A stretch of 63,699 bases of DNA, counting the filler, from Corallochytrium limacisporum Hawaii (Eukaryota > Protista > Pluriformea), in assembly GCA_002811645.1 (NCBI GenBank). It is 4 parts of 4 records of this genome, joined end to end, with 100 filler letters (N's around TTAATTAATTAA, not from the genome) between each part and the next. Parts side by side here need not be neighbours in the genome. Positions count along the whole stretch, not along the records: positions 43,003 to 60,857 come from PDIP01000079.1; 3 more parts are not named here. The stretch is one strand, 5' to 3'. Every line of letters begins with the position of its first letter. Position 1 is the first letter of the stretch. The position numbers and the translations under genes were made by a program. The notes under the pieces were generated by a model, which saw nothing but the letters and a program-made list of their open reading frames with translations, was not told the origin of the DNA and made no database searches. Shown piece by piece: positions 48,717 through 60,957 of the stretch.

Positions 48717-50149
48717 CGGTCTCAGCGTTTTCCATTCGAGTCACAACCACCACCAACCCGGCCGGTTGTATATATACACCCACACACTCTCTCTGTCTCT
48801 CTGTGTCACTCTCTTTCTTTTCGCTGTCAAAGACCTCTCGCCTCCTTCCATCATTACTCATCGCTCTCTCTCTCCTTCTCTCTTTGTTTCTTTCTTTCCT
48901 TTTTTTTGTTGGTCTCGAAAATACTCGCTCTCCAGGTCCCCGCTCGGCCGTATCTCCGTCGCTCCCTACGCCCTATCCTTCCTTTTCCCGCCCCTGCCCT
49001 TCGTCGCGAAGCCGCAGATTGCAACACGACCAAAACCCAAGGGTAAAAGAAGGAAAAAAAAACACAAGGGAAACCCCCCGGGGGAACAAGGCCCCAAAAT
49101 ACTCTCTCCCCTTCCCCCCCCCCCCCTTCGCTCCACTTTTTTTTTTCCTTTCGGGCGGGAGGCTGGTGGATGGATCGGATAATGCAAATGCACCCACCTC
49201 ACCCCCGGCCGGGGGGGAGGGTGGTGGTGGTGGTTTCCGGTTTTCTCGAAGCCCGCAGCAACGGTGAAGAGTAGTGAAAGTACGGCATTTCTTTTTTGGG
49301 GGACACCCGCTCGACGACCCCACCCCGCACTTTTCATCGTTCTCCCGCACGCGTGTGTCGATTTTTTTTCCTTGTCTTGGGGAATCTCTGGCTCTGGGTG
49401 TGTCAAAGTTCGTCCCGTGTCGCGTTGAAAATCGCTGCCAAAAGTTTAATCGGGTAGTTTGAAACTGAAACCACAGTTGGGGTTTTTTTTTGTCGTTCAT
49501 AGTAGAGCAAATATTGTAAACAAGACTCCCCCTTCTTTCAGCACCGCTCTGGGACGGGGAGAGCCATTTCGTTGGTGTTTTTTTTTCCTCGGGCGTTTTT
49601 GGTGTGAGAAAAGGGGGAAACATTTTTCTTAATAAAACAACCAAACTTAGAAAGTATCGAACAGGAGACGGACTTTCAAGGAGGGGGGGCGCCATGTTTA
49701 GAAAAAAAAAGAAAAGACAGACAGACAGAGGGAGGCACAGCGTTACAAGGATTGAGGGCTAACAACCACTACCAAGGTCTCACCCCACATGAAGATATTT
49801 TTTTTTTGTTTTGGTCTTATCCCAATTCACAAATCGTCCAACACATGCTTATTCGCTAATCTCTAAGGTAGTCCCTATGCCCAGGACAGGATGGATTGCG
49901 TAGTACATTGACTATTGGTGAAACGCAAACACGACATTCCACGCAATCGGGTGGTGAAGATGTAGCCTGCAAGAAAGCGTCGTGAAATTGGTCCGCTCCA
50001 GTCGGGTGACACTTTCCAATACTAAATGTACCATAGTGACGGGGCAAAAACCCAGCAGCGAGCCAACCGGTTGTCCAGCAGCCCTCCTCCCTCTCGTACG
50101 TCTTTCACTTGTCTTGCCCATGTGATAATGGGCTATTTAGTATTTTGTT

Positions 50150-51800
50150 TCGGAGTCACGAGTTCGTGGGACCTATCGGCTTGGATACTGTCCGATGAGT
50201 CACGGCGGGGATCGCGTGTACCAGTACCAGTCCGGGCGATTCTGTACTGACCGTGCGGAATATTTTGTATGGGAAAACTGAAGAAAAAATTTAAGCAGCT
50301 TCTACTTGCAGACCATGACCATTCAAAACGTTTTTCTCACATCGATCACTTTTCCGGTCGATCTCATCGATGACCGGCTTTCATAATAAATATACTGGGA
50401 TATCTAGTACGAGTATTGCCGCCCAAACCCCCTGCTGCTGTTTTGTATGACTCTGTGGACTGGCCAAGGGTCCAGGACCAGAAAAACCGAGGGCAATATC
50501 ACGCACCTTTTGCAACGGAGACGTCAATCGTTCTCCCTCCGGGTGTGCTGATAAATGACTAATACTTTCAGTATACACAAAGATGACTACGATTTACATC
50601 CCCTGTCAATAGACATAGTGAAGAAAAAACTTTCTGAGAGACAAACCCTGAGCTATCCCTCCCCCACTTTTCTCCGCGGTTTTGATTTGAAACCCGCGGT
50701 GGTGACTCTTTCTCCCCAGTCTCTTGGCACACCCCGCCGCCGCGAAAGCCCCGGGGAAAGAGAGAGAGAAGGGAAAAAAATTGGTGAAGGGGATCCCCGG
50801 GGCGGGGGGGGGGAGTGTTAATAAAAATCATTGGAGTTTTATTAACTGCAAGGTTGCACAAGAGCGAATCAGAAGACGTTGTGTACTTTTCCTTTTTCCC
50901 TTTTACATATATATATTCTTCGTTCACTCACCCACCCACACAGACGCACACCCAGAAACTCCTCACAGCCCCTCTCCCCCCCCTCCCGGGCGTTCAAGGG
51001 AGGAAGGGGAGCTTTGGTGAGGTTTTCATTCTTGCCGTCGTTACTTTTTTCTTCGGATTTGTTGACGTTGATTTCACAATGAAAAAAATACCACGCTCCG
51101 TCCGCCCGGAGGGTTTTTTTTTCTTGTTCTTGCGCTGCGGCTCGGTGTGCACGAACCAAGGAAGTTAGAAAGAGGAAAAGAAAAGTCTCCAGTTTCGGTA
51201 CTGAAACTGAGAGCGTTGCGAGGGGTGACAAGGCGAGAGCGCAGTCAAGAAAAAAATAGAAGAGAAAACCGTAAGACTGGCTCCAGAGGGCGGCGGGTCA
51301 ACGTGTCCCCTCCCCCAGCTGTGCGGGCCCAACTGCCCAAGTGTGCGCGCTGCAAAGACTCCCATCGATTAGGATCCCATCATTGAATGATGCTGACGTT
51401 TCGTGGCAGTGGTTGACAGCATCTTATATCCCATGATAGACGAGTAAAACCAACAACTGATACAGGAAACACAGAGAGGCGCTCCGGTTGCACACGATGC
51501 AGCGCGGCGTACAACAGGGAGTCCAAGGACACGTTCGAATGTATCGTCATCGCGGAAGACATCGTAGCCGCAGTGCTCGATGGAATCAGGATAGTCGGGT
51601 AGATTTTTTTTTGGCGGATGCCCAGTGTTAGGGTGTGCATGTCATGATGACGTTGGTAGTCATAATGAGTGAGTACGAGGCCGTCCACACAACGCGGGAG
51701 TGGTCTCCCAACCCATAGCCGATGGTGCCAATTGATATGGAGCATCGTCTCTTGCCTGTTGCCATCGCACAGACGACGTATACACACTCTCTCTTCGTTC
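50150..51800 (+). mobile_element. Degenerate non-LTR (LINE) reverse-transcriptase relic
   Basis: GLAKGPGPEKPRAIS (cf. PKxGD..YRPISL, ~50460); MQRGVQQG (cf. RGVRQG, ~51500); DGIRIVG and FFLADA (cf. GI.I.G..LFADD). Split by low-complexity DNA. Confidence 0.45.
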
Positions 51801-52188
51801 ATAAGAACTTTTTTAATATGTTATCCGTCAGATCCGTCATATAGGTCCGTTATGCCAGCATCCATTTTTAGCGCAGTATCGGTGGTGACGATCCCGTCCC
51901 AGATCCTTCCAAGCACACATGTGATGGATGTGTGAGATGTGGCCCTCTTCCAGGATTCCCTCCCTAGCGACGGTGAGGAAGACAGACGGCTTCAGGGAAA
52001 CCTTACTCCTGGAAAGAGCTGGTTGGGTTGGGGTTGGGGTTGGGGAGGAAAATCCAACGGGTTTAGAAGGGATTCCCTAGGTCTCACATTAGTGGTGGTG
52101 TGTCTACAGAACAATAAAATTTGGCAGCCAACTGTATTGGTTAAACATAGAATGCGGTGCGTGGTCCAATGTCGGTGACATCTGAAAT

Positions 52189-55100
52189 CTACTGACCACG
52201 AGCCAATTTGATCAATCCAGTGAGGAACTTACGCAGTTTCTTGGCGTTGTTCTGGGCCAGTGTCTGGACGTACTTTTGGATCTGGTCCTGGGGCATCTGG
52301 ATGCTGGGCAGATACTGCAGGGAAATGTAGTCAACAAACGTCTTTCCGTAGGCCTTGTTGATGGCAATATGCAGTTCAGAAATTTCGTTCAAGGCCAGCA
52401 CAGTCTGGGCATCATCAAGATCGAATGATGGTCGCATGGGAGTCATGAAAGACTTCGTAAAGACCTGGGTGAGGATGAAGTCATCGAATCCGGACAGGTC
52501 GTCGTTCTTCTCAGTGCCCCATAGTTCAACGAGCTTGCGCAGAAAGGCAAAGGATGACTTCTGGATGGTCGGATCCTCCTCCTCACTACCTTGCAGCACG
52601 GTGCCAAGGATTTCCTGAAAATGCACCCTGTTGGCATCGCTGCGGAACACATTCAGCAAACCATTGTTGCTCAAGGCGTAGAGGAAGCTGAAATACGACT
52701 TCTTCAGTTCCAAGATCTCCTGCGGAGTCACAGTGTCATTGAGTTCGTGGCTGAGGCTCTCACTGGAGTTGAAAATGGAGCGAACAATCACAATCAGTTC
52801 GGCGTTGAGAATGGCTTCCATCTTGCCCTTGAACTTGACCATCACATTGTTGATAAAGGGCAGCAAATCCCGCACATCCCGATAGTTGCTGTCGTCTAAA
52901 AGTTTGTGGATCGCCACGCTCAGATAAGGGAGCAGGTCTTCCCCCAAGCATGCAATCATACGATGCAGATATTGGCGGAGGGCATTGCGAATTCGGTCCC
53001 GGGAGGCAGGCACGTGACTAACCTCAAGGAAAAGCTCCAAGCAGTTCTTAAACAACGATTGGCAGTCGCTAGTTTTCACCCCAGCGGCAGTTGTGAATCC
53101 CTTTGATGACGCAGTAACGGCCTGTATGACATTCGCAAGATAGGTTCCATACATTGTTGCCGTGTTGGCATCCGGATTCTGCCACAGTTGCCGGTTCACA
53201 ACCTCCCGGAAGTCGTTGATGACCAGTCCCACAATGGATTCCATGTGTGCCCTGCGTTGGGAATTGGGGACCCCATCTGCAGTGACCATAAGTCCCGCAG
53301 CCTCGTACAGGTACAGCTGATCGCTGATATCCAGTCCATGGAAGGGCAGGCCAGCTTGAGGCACGATACTCATGTACGGCTGGAATTGACCCAAGAGATC
53401 ATCAGCATAGGTATTCAGTTCAACACGCATCTGCCTGACAAACCGCATCAGCAGATACGCAATGCGACTGCGCATCGCCGCGTTTTGAGATCCCAGGGCA
53501 GCATTTGAGCAGAACATGCGCAAGATGATTGGTAAATATTCCCGTTTAGTCTTGAAGAATGGTGCATACCTAACAGCGTTCTCAAAATATTCAATCATGA
53601 CCATCTTGCTGTTGACCTCCGTAACTTTGGAAGTCAGGATGTGCTCCATCATGGAGAATACTTCGTTGGAGATCTCCGGATCCGCAAACGGATTACCCGG
53701 CAGAGCTTCCAACAGGTAGTGGAACATCTTCAGAGAGCGCTCTACCTCTTTTGCCGTTTGCTCCGAACTTGCACCGTTTGGCAGACCCTGCAAAACTCGG
53801 GTCAAAGTGTCCTTCACAAACTCCATGGTCATGCGACTATCAGTGTGCGCAACATTGTCAAATAGAGTCTTGAGTTCCAGCCGAAAGTCCTCGAAGCGCT
53901 CCATATCATCATTATCCGGATCCAGATCCTGCGGCATCTTCATCCGGTCAGCAATGACGGACAGAATTTGGTACAACCTTTCGCTCTCACGCGGACCCCA
54001 GCCCCCTGTCTTCGATCCCTTCAGTTGCTTCTGAAGCCCGATGTAACTGCGCCCATACTCATGGACAATTTCTACCATGTCCTCATCGCCGTACTGCAAG
54101 TACCAAAGCAAAGCCGCGAACAGGTTGTCCAGCATCGACGTACATGATAGTACCAGTTCGGGCGACTTGGAGATGGGCTGTAGGTCCGAGTCGTAGTTAA
54201 GGGCCAACCCACCGTTGAGTTTGATGCCATTGGGGGAGCCATCACGGCCCTCTGATCCAATACTGCTGGCTGTGCCACGCGGAGTGCTGTTTGGTGTGGG
54301 AGCCGGGGTTGATGGCCCATACTTGTCACTGCGGATATGAAGGCAAATGGCAATGAGGACCTCTCCGATCGCATCCACCAGACGGGCAATGGCGTACATG
54401 AAGCTGAACAGCTCCCGCTCTTCATCTGTTTCTGGGGTCCGACCTGCGCTAGGATTCAGATTCAGGTTCTGGAAGCCGCGGATCTGTTCTGTAATATATT
54501 GCACATGATTACACATCTCCAGCAACTGAACCTTTGATTCGTCCGGCATTCCCTTTCGCCCAATTTCCATCATGACTTGGCTCGCACCGATTCGGATTCC
54601 TTTCAAGGTCGAACAATCGTACAAGAAGGATAAGAACTGCTGGTTGACCACAAAATTAATGTCAATCCAGATAACGTACGTACTGAGCACCCCCAGGCAT
54701 CGGTTTCCCAGGCTGTAACTAAAAGTGCCGGGTGCGCAGCCAGCCGCCCAACGGGTGCAATTCTCCAGGAACCCGACAATCAGTGCGACATCCTTGAGGC
54801 GCATAGTATCCTTAATCTTCGTGTTCAACTTGTTCTCTTCGTCCGATCTATTGAGTTCCCGACTGACCACTTCCTCGTCAACGCTCTGCAAGATACCGAT
54901 GAGAGTATCGAGAATGTACACGGTATTGTCAGTTTCCTGAGTACCCGTCAGGCGCTCAGAGCCCACTGATGTCAAGTCTGAAAAAGCACTTGCCCAGAGC
55001 CCCTGGACGTATGTCCTGCGAATGAGCAAGGCCACAATCTGAGCAAACTTGTTTGCAATGAAAGGGGGTGTCTGCCGACTTCCCTGGAAGACTTGCAAAA

Positions 55101-55401
55101 TAGTATTTCTAAGGTAAACCCAGTCCTGTTGACTAAGACTTTCGTAACTACATGAATGTTCCCGGCCTCGGAGCATATCTTCAACAACTTGTAGATAAAA
55201 AAACCAGAGGATTTGAGAGTCCGCACTCGGTGGACCAGCCCCATGAAACTGTGCGTATTTCTCTGCTGCTATGCGCCAGCCGTCTGCAGAAGATTTCAAC
55301 TCTGAACAGATTGCTGTGGCTCGAGCTTTACGTTCAGGATTGCACAGAGGATCCATACAAGCCCTGACGGCGTCGTCCAAATCCTGGAAATCAGACGCCA
55401 T
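52189..55401 (-). CDS. XPOT: Exportin-T (tRNA exportin, Los1/XPOT; importin-beta family)
   Basis: 1070-aa HEAT-type protein. PPFIANKFAQ, NTKIKDTMR, YVIWIDIN, YFENAVRY, RSRIAYLLMRFV, DQLYLYEAAG, HRMIACLG and FDLDDAQ motifs. Confidence 0.9.
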   Translation of the reverse strand: MASDFQDLDDAVRACMDPLCNPERKARATAICSELKSSADGWRIAAEKYAQFHGAGPPSADSQILWFFYLQVVEDMLRGREHSCSYESLSQQDWVYLRNTILQVFQGSRQTPPFIANKFAQIVALLIRRTYVQGLWASAFSDLTSVGSERLTGTQETDNTVYILDTLIGILQSVDEEVVSRELNRSDEENKLNTKIKDTMRLKDVALIVGFLENCTRWAAGCAPGTFSYSLGNRCLGVLSTYVIWIDINFVVNQQFLSFLYDCSTLKGIRIGASQVMMEIGRKGMPDESKVQLLEMCNHVQYITEQIRGFQNLNLNPSAGRTPETDEERELFSFMYAIARLVDAIGEVLIAICLHIRSDKYGPSTPAPTPNSTPRGTASSIGSEGRDGSPNGIKLNGGLALNYDSDLQPISKSPELVLSCTSMLDNLFAALLWYLQYGDEDMVEIVHEYGRSYIGLQKQLKGSKTGGWGPRESERLYQILSVIADRMKMPQDLDPDNDDMERFEDFRLELKTLFDNVAHTDSRMTMEFVKDTLTRVLQGLPNGASSEQTAKEVERSLKMFHYLLEALPGNPFADPEISNEVFSMMEHILTSKVTEVNSKMVMIEYFENAVRYAPFFKTKREYLPIILRMFCSNAALGSQNAAMRSRIAYLLMRFVRQMRVELNTYADDLLGQFQPYMSIVPQAGLPFHGLDISDQLYLYEAAGLMVTADGVPNSQRRAHMESIVGLVINDFREVVNRQLWQNPDANTATMYGTYLANVIQAVTASSKGFTTAAGVKTSDCQSLFKNCLELFLEVSHVPASRDRIRNALRQYLHRMIACLGEDLLPYLSVAIHKLLDDSNYRDVRDLLPFINNVMVKFKGKMEAILNAELIVIVRSIFNSSESLSHELNDTVTPQEILELKKSYFSFLYALSNNGLLNVFRSDANRVHFQEILGTVLQGSEEEDPTIQKSSFAFLRKLVELWGTEKNDDLSGFDDFILTQVFTKSFMTPMRPSFDLDDAQTVLALNEISELHIAINKAYGKTFVDYISLQYLPSIQMPQDQIQKYVQTLAQNNAKKLRKFLTGLIKLARGQ

Positions 55402-56527
55402 TGTGTATTTCTATGTGTACTGGGGGTTCCGATCCCTCCAATATTTAAAGGAAATTCTTTAACAGGATTTGTGCCAGCCAGTCTTGGCCGACCGGTTCAG
55501 GTGTCTGTCATTTTCCACACATCATTTACGTCACTCGACACTCCTTGCTTTCCTGCACTGTAAGTTCACTCTATGACCATGAAGTCTCGTGTCACATGTG
55601 ACTCCTCGGAACACGGATCACATTGTCTACACCTGTGTCGCCTTTATTGTGGTATCAGAGGACCGATCTCTTTTAAACCATCACTCCATTGCTGTCTTGA
55701 CAAAGGAAATTCACCAACCCTGCCATCTATTCAAATTCAAATGCTGATAAAAGCGAATGACATAAAAACCACTCTTTCGTCTGAACGTTGCACGGCGCGT
55801 CTAAGGCTGGCGACTAGCAGCTCCCGCCGCTGCTGAAGAGGAAGGGTCTCACATGCCTCGCCCGCTCACTTGCAACTTCCCCCTATTTTTCCAGCCCACC
55901 GCGCGGGCCGAAGCGGGGTGTGCCGGAAGGTCACTGGCAGTTTTCAGTAGTCCCACTGTAGGCCCCAGGCAGCCCGCCCCGCCAAACTCCAGCGTTCCCC
56001 GCGGTCAATTCAGTACCAAAGCCACTCAGCTACGCCGGCTTGGCTCTTTGATTCCTGGGTCCTCCTGCAGGGAACAGATACATATTTTCTTCACAAACAG
56101 TCAATATGATTAGTATTTACATTTATTTGGGTGAGGTTTCAGGGACCTGCCGGTTGTTACCAACGCGGTCACTGGCTACCGTCAAGGGCCGTAGGGGGAG
56201 CTCTCCTTACTTTTCTTGCCATGTGGAGCGGTAGCAGTGCTGGGGCTATCAAGTCCCTTTAAGGCTGTCTGGAAATGGGGAAACCAACACCCCCCCTCGG
56301 CCGGGCTCGGGGCCGCCAAGTACCAGGGGCCCCCTTTTCCAACACTCGACGGCCGATTGATCAATTGATCAATTGCTGCGATGGACAACCCGCCCTTGGT
56401 GCGATCCGTGCTGGGCTACGCTCGAACGCCAGTGCGTCGCTGATTACTGTGGGTTGGGTGTCAGACAAGCAAATCCACGGAAACATGGGAGCAGGGCCAC
56501 TCTTGCATCTTTGTCCGGATGCGCCGG

Positions 56528-57283
56528 TTAGCTTTCGAACATATACTTGTAAAAGCCTTCCTTGAGATGTGCAGTGGCATCTCCATAGGTGGCACGACCG
56601 TGCGCAGGAACAGTGTTCTCAGGCTGCCATGCCAAGATGGAGTCCCAACAGGCCTTTAAGAGTTCCTTGTCCCCAGGCAAGAGCGCCCGAAAGTGCCAGG
56701 GCCAAGTATTTTCACCAAAGGCACCGAATAACCAAAGGTATCCGTTAACGAGTCCGCTGGACATATCAGGATGGTTGTGGAAGAAAGAATCAGCGACCAA
56801 CAGTGTCTTGGATGCTTTGTCCATCACCACAATTTCACGTAACTTTGACCCTGTGACGTACTGCAGGTTGCATTCCTTTGCAAATGGTGCCGTGTCCAGA
56901 TCTTCCTGTTTCTTGACCTCATGGACTTGCGCGCTACAGGTGTCAAAGAGGTCCGCCCGCTTAGTTTTCAGTCCTTGGGCTACCCAAGCTTGTGCTTCCG
57001 GGTATTTTTTCAACCAGTCACAGACATATAAGTGATGGAACCTATTGGGAGTGATTATGTACGAAACTGTACCAAGTTTGTTACATTCTTTGACGATGTC
57101 ATCAGTACAGGGACCTGGAGTGTACACTAGTAGCTTGCCAGTGGACAGAACAATGAATGTACTCCGTGCATGAGCATTTCCGCCCCAGCTACCCATCGGC
57201 TGGACAGTGAAGTTATGGGAGAAGATACGTCCCTTCACGTGCTCCTCCCACTCTGGCGGGGTTGTGGTAGAGAATTCTGGCAT
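56528..57283 (-). CDS. DUF4336-family metallo-beta-lactamase-fold protein
   Basis: RSTFIVLSTGKLLVYTP, LGTVSYIITPNRFHHLY, SKTLLVADSF, ILAW.P...VPAHG. ATG at 57283. Confidence 0.8.
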   Translation of the reverse strand: MPEFSTTTPPEWEEHVKGRIFSHNFTVQPMGSWGGNAHARSTFIVLSTGKLLVYTPGPCTDDIVKECNKLGTVSYIITPNRFHHLYVCDWLKKYPEAQAWVAQGLKTKRADLFDTCSAQVHEVKKQEDLDTAPFAKECNLQYVTGSKLREIVVMDKASKTLLVADSFFHNHPDMSSGLVNGYLWLFGAFGENTWPWHFRALLPGDKELLKACWDSILAWQPENTVPAHGRATYGDATAHLKEGFYKYMFES

Positions 57284-57689
57284 GATTCCTGGAGAATACG
57301 ACCGTGCGGTAGTTGCAAAATCATACACATGTGGTGCACACAGCTGATTGCTGTCCGGAACAAACGCCCGCTTTATACCAAGGCAGTGTCTGACTCGCAA
57401 AATAGGTACGCATTCTTCGCTGATAAACGATTGCAAGGAATGAATACCGGGCCCGCCCGGCGAAGATCTCCTGACCCGTACATTAACTACTGAAGAAGCA
57501 CCGCGTAGAACGAATCGGCCCCCCCGCCTCCTACACCAACTGGGCGCGATTGCGCACTTGGCGAGTACGGACGGGACAATGACTGCAGTTGGGTGCTGGT
57601 ACTTCGAGAATGACCGAATCAATTCGCCATAGTTGGGAACAAGTCCTCCCGGAGCTTTGAAAGACTGTAAAATTCAATAGTGTTCAGCC

Positions 57690-58184
57690 ATGTCGATGCG
57701 TTCCAGTTTTGATAGGGATGGAGTTGACCTGTCGCAAGTCGTGTTCAGGAAGTATGACAGGGACAAAGATGGATCAATAGACGCGAAGGAGTTGGATGAC
57801 ATGTGCTATGACATGGGCACGCCACTTAATCCTGACGAAATTGCTTATGTATTCACGCAGTTGGATAAAGATAAGTCTGGGAAGATCGACTACGACGAGT
57901 TCAAGGCCTTCTGGCGGACTAAGGATCGTTGGAACACTGTTCGTATCCCCCACGACAAGGAGGATCGGCTAAACTCTGTGACGACATATTTCAAACATTT
58001 TGACACCAATAAGGATGGCACTCTATCAGAAGGCGAATTCGTACATATGGTTACTGATATGCAGAAGAATGGATGGCAGATCCCTGACGGATCTCAACTC
58101 TTCAAAGACATTGACATGGACGACAATAAGAGCATAAGCCTCTCTGAGTACATTGCGCACCTGGTCAAGATCGGATCCTTCTGA
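57690..58184 (+). CDS. Four-EF-hand calcium-binding protein (calmodulin-like)
   Basis: Four canonical loops: DRDKDGSIDAKE, DKDKSGKIDYDE, DTNKDGTLSEGE, DMDDNKSISLSE. Confidence 0.93.
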   Translation: MSMRSSFDRDGVDLSQVVFRKYDRDKDGSIDAKELDDMCYDMGTPLNPDEIAYVFTQLDKDKSGKIDYDEFKAFWRTKDRWNTVRIPHDKEDRLNSVTTYFKHFDTNKDGTLSEGEFVHMVTDMQKNGWQIPDGSQLFKDIDMDDNKSISLSEYIAHLVKIGSF

Positions 58185-58779
58185 ATTGTATGAATATCTC
58201 AGATCAATGGTACCGTGTCACATAGGACTAGTATCCTGGTACATAGGAGAACTAAATTCGCTAGCCCTTGGAAACCCGAGAGCCCTGAACAGCTAAACAA
58301 GGAGGCAGAGCCAATTAGAGGGCTGAGGTCGCTTGGCGTCCCACCCGCCAACAGCTTCGTCACCGTTTCCAGACCTCCTGTGGAGAGGGATCTCGTAATA
58401 AATAGACTCCCGATCACAGATCCTGGATTTCATACACAGAGTGCTGGCAGATACGCAAATCGAGGCGGTTTCCGGACGGAACATCGCCAAAAAAAAAAAT
58501 TCACCCTTGGATCTCGACATCGTATTTCCGTAGTAAATATACCAGAGTTGCTTCTCCTCGTTTTCAGTATTTCCCGCAAAGGCAGGTTTTGGGGGGAGGC
58601 GGGGAGGACAAAAAGGTTTTGTTTTTTTGTCCCCTGCACACAGGCTGCGAGATCGTCGTCCACGCGCTTCGTCTCTTTTCAACGTCGGCAAAAGGGGCCG
58701 GGTGTTGAGGCCAAGAGAACGTTTGCTGTGCGGTAAGGTGCAGACCGGGTTTTTCGAAACAGTAGGAGGTGTAGCACGG

Positions 58780-59620
58780 TTCAGAATTGGTGAGAGGTCC
58801 ACGGACTTTTCGACAATCTCTGTTGGCTCATTGCCAGCAAGTGTGTAATAGATTTCTTCACAGCGGCCAAGTCATCCATTCATTCATGATCGGCAGACAT
58901 ACATGGAATGCAGCAAAACTCGAAGTGATAGGTCTGCAATTTGCCACCACGTCCATACCTTGCCCTTGTGTTCACACTGGATGCAATGGCTTCAATGCCG
59001 CAGTAAGCTCACGCATACTGTGTAAAGTACCACTGCAGTGGCACCAATTACTTAGGGATGATTCCCATCGATACTGTGTATAGTAGAGCTGCGTACTGTG
59101 TAAAGGGTAGACAACCGTACCCTATATAGGCCCGCCTCGGCAAGTGTCTGTCTAGGACACGTATGTTTGGATTTCTACGAGACACCCACCCCCTCCCGGC
59201 GGTCGGACTCACCGGACAGCTCTTTTTTCTTATCTAACCAAACCGCGACACACGGGCGCAGGTCGATCACGACGACGCACAAACCTAGCCTGCGATGGTG
59301 CGGACTGATTGCTGCGCCCGTGATGTTTTGATGTTTTGCTATTCGGGCACGATACACTCATTACCAAGTCGCGCACGGATTCGTCCCGGTAAACCTATGG
59401 CCCGGCACACTTTCCGGGGCATTGCCAAGCCTGACTGGCGCGTACTGTGTAAAGGAAGCGACCAACCTGTGTGTGTGACCATTTGCTTGCTCACCCGACC
59501 ATTTGATCACGGATGCGCAGTGTGGGTACCAACGGATCAGCGGGAGCGAAGGATGCAGTGTGGGCCCCAAACAGCGCACAACCAGTAGCCTGGGCATATC
59601 TTCGGAACGGCCCGGCCTAT
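58780..59620 (+). mobile_element. Degenerate non-LTR (LINE) reverse-transcriptase relic
   Basis: PRTFRQSLL (cf. NYRPISLL), HSFMIGRHT (cf. GF.PGRST), GFNAAVS (cf. KAFD.V), ARLGKCLS (cf. RQG.PLSP), CARDVLMF (cf. YADDVL), in the correct order. Confidence 0.45.
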
Positions 59621-60308
59621 GGTGTCTACGATCACGGCGGTCCGTAGACCCAATCCGTTCACGCAAAATTGCGACAAACACCTATATACTCTCGGGAATA
59701 TCAAAAAAACACCTGTGTGCCCAATAGTGGTTGCGGAGCTTGCAAACCACGGAAGGTGGTTGCGATTTCACCTTCCACCGCTAAGACGTGCCCCATGGTC
59801 TCGTAGAGGTCCGGATTCAAATGACTACCATCACACAACCTCCAATGCCGAGACAAACCGTGGCACGTAGTCAAAGTATACAGAATTCATCGCACTTTAA
59901 ACGGGATCGTGAAAAGTTTTACTATCGCCCACTACTTTTTGATTATGTCCAATACAGGGCACAAAATTGATGGGTGTGTCCCCTGCGGCTCATGCTCCGA
60001 TCAACATCACAACTACATTTGTCTCTCGTCTCCGGACAATGGGCGTGAACCAATTCCTTTTTCTACCATAGCAATCAGCCAGACAACGAATTTTGTGCTG
60101 CACACTTGGCAACTCTGGTCTTGTAGCAAGATGGTGACCGCTGATGCTGATGGATATGAGACTTTATTGAAACGAGGAATGAAGATTTTTTGTTTGAGGA
60201 GAGTGGTCAGCAAGGCTGGACGGACATTATCGTAGGAGTCATGAGCATTTTCACACCGCAGTGCTATATATATATAACATACACCAGCGCAGAATATACT
60301 GTGTAAAG
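59016..60308 (+). promoter_or_regulatory. Homotypic cluster of the motif TACTGTGTAAAG (function unknown)
   Basis: Exact copies at 59016, 59094, 59443 and 60297; a one-mismatch copy (TACTGTGTATAG) at 59072. All in the same orientation. The repeats are certain; the regulatory role is inferred. Confidence 0.4.
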
Positions 60309-60782
60309 GATTGTGAGATGCTGAAAATAATCCTTTACTGTATTTGGATTGTCCGGGGGATGAAGCAAACAAACAAAGGCATACTCTATAGGTCTCGAAT
60401 TACTCTTATCAAATATTGCCCTCCCAATATATACAATTTTGGACACTTTGGAAGACATTGTCTCCAAAGGGAACGGTTCGGATAGAAAGCCGGAATATCA
60501 AAATTTCTTATTCGTCATTCGTTCTCATCAAGACCGGATCAAACATGGATCCTCGAAGTGTGTGCCCTATAGTAAATATATAGTCTTCCCACCGGCGGAA
60601 GCAGTGGTTCAACGGGTGGTGTGAGAGTGGGCAGGCACAACCAAATCCGTCGGTGTGCTCCAAGATACAGACAATACGGATTTGGGCGGGTGTAAGCGCT
60701 CGTGTTGATCCACTTTGCTTCCTTATCTGAGGTTGTCAACAGATATGCAAAATACTCATCCTTCACGACAATGGCTTTTTTG

Positions 60783-60857
60783 TACCACCCTCTGTCTGGG
60801 AATATTGTATCAAATCTACTCATTTTGATTTAGCTCTGCCGTCGCTTGGGAGAGCGG
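60783..60857 (+). mobile_element. Terminus of a young dispersed repeat (near-identical to the 42795 copy), cut by the contig end
   Basis: 71/73 identical to 42797-42869. Confidence 0.65.
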
Positions 60858-60957
60858 NNNNNNNNNNNNNNNNNNNNNNNNNNNNNNNNNNNNNNNNNNN
60901 NTTAATTAATTAANNNNNNNNNNNNNNNNNNNNNNNNNNNNNNNNNNNNNNNNNNNN
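60858..60957. other. Artificial contig linker
   Basis: N44-TTAATTAATTAA-N44. Confidence 0.95.

Noticed and set aside
48413-49695. Long ORFs in low-complexity or N-containing regions (also 15369-15990, 22924-23634, 47637-48455)
   Set aside because: They are produced by microsatellites, homopolymers or Ns that lack stop codons; not protein-like.
49722-49736. cagacagagggagg as the inverted partner of the putative TIR
   Set aside because: It overlaps an (AGAC)n run, has a mismatch, is not followed by TA and is on a different contig from the nearest upstream copy.
59016-60308. CRISPR-like array interpretation of the 12-mer cluster
   Set aside because: The repeats are too short and irregularly spaced, and the context is eukaryotic with no cas genes.
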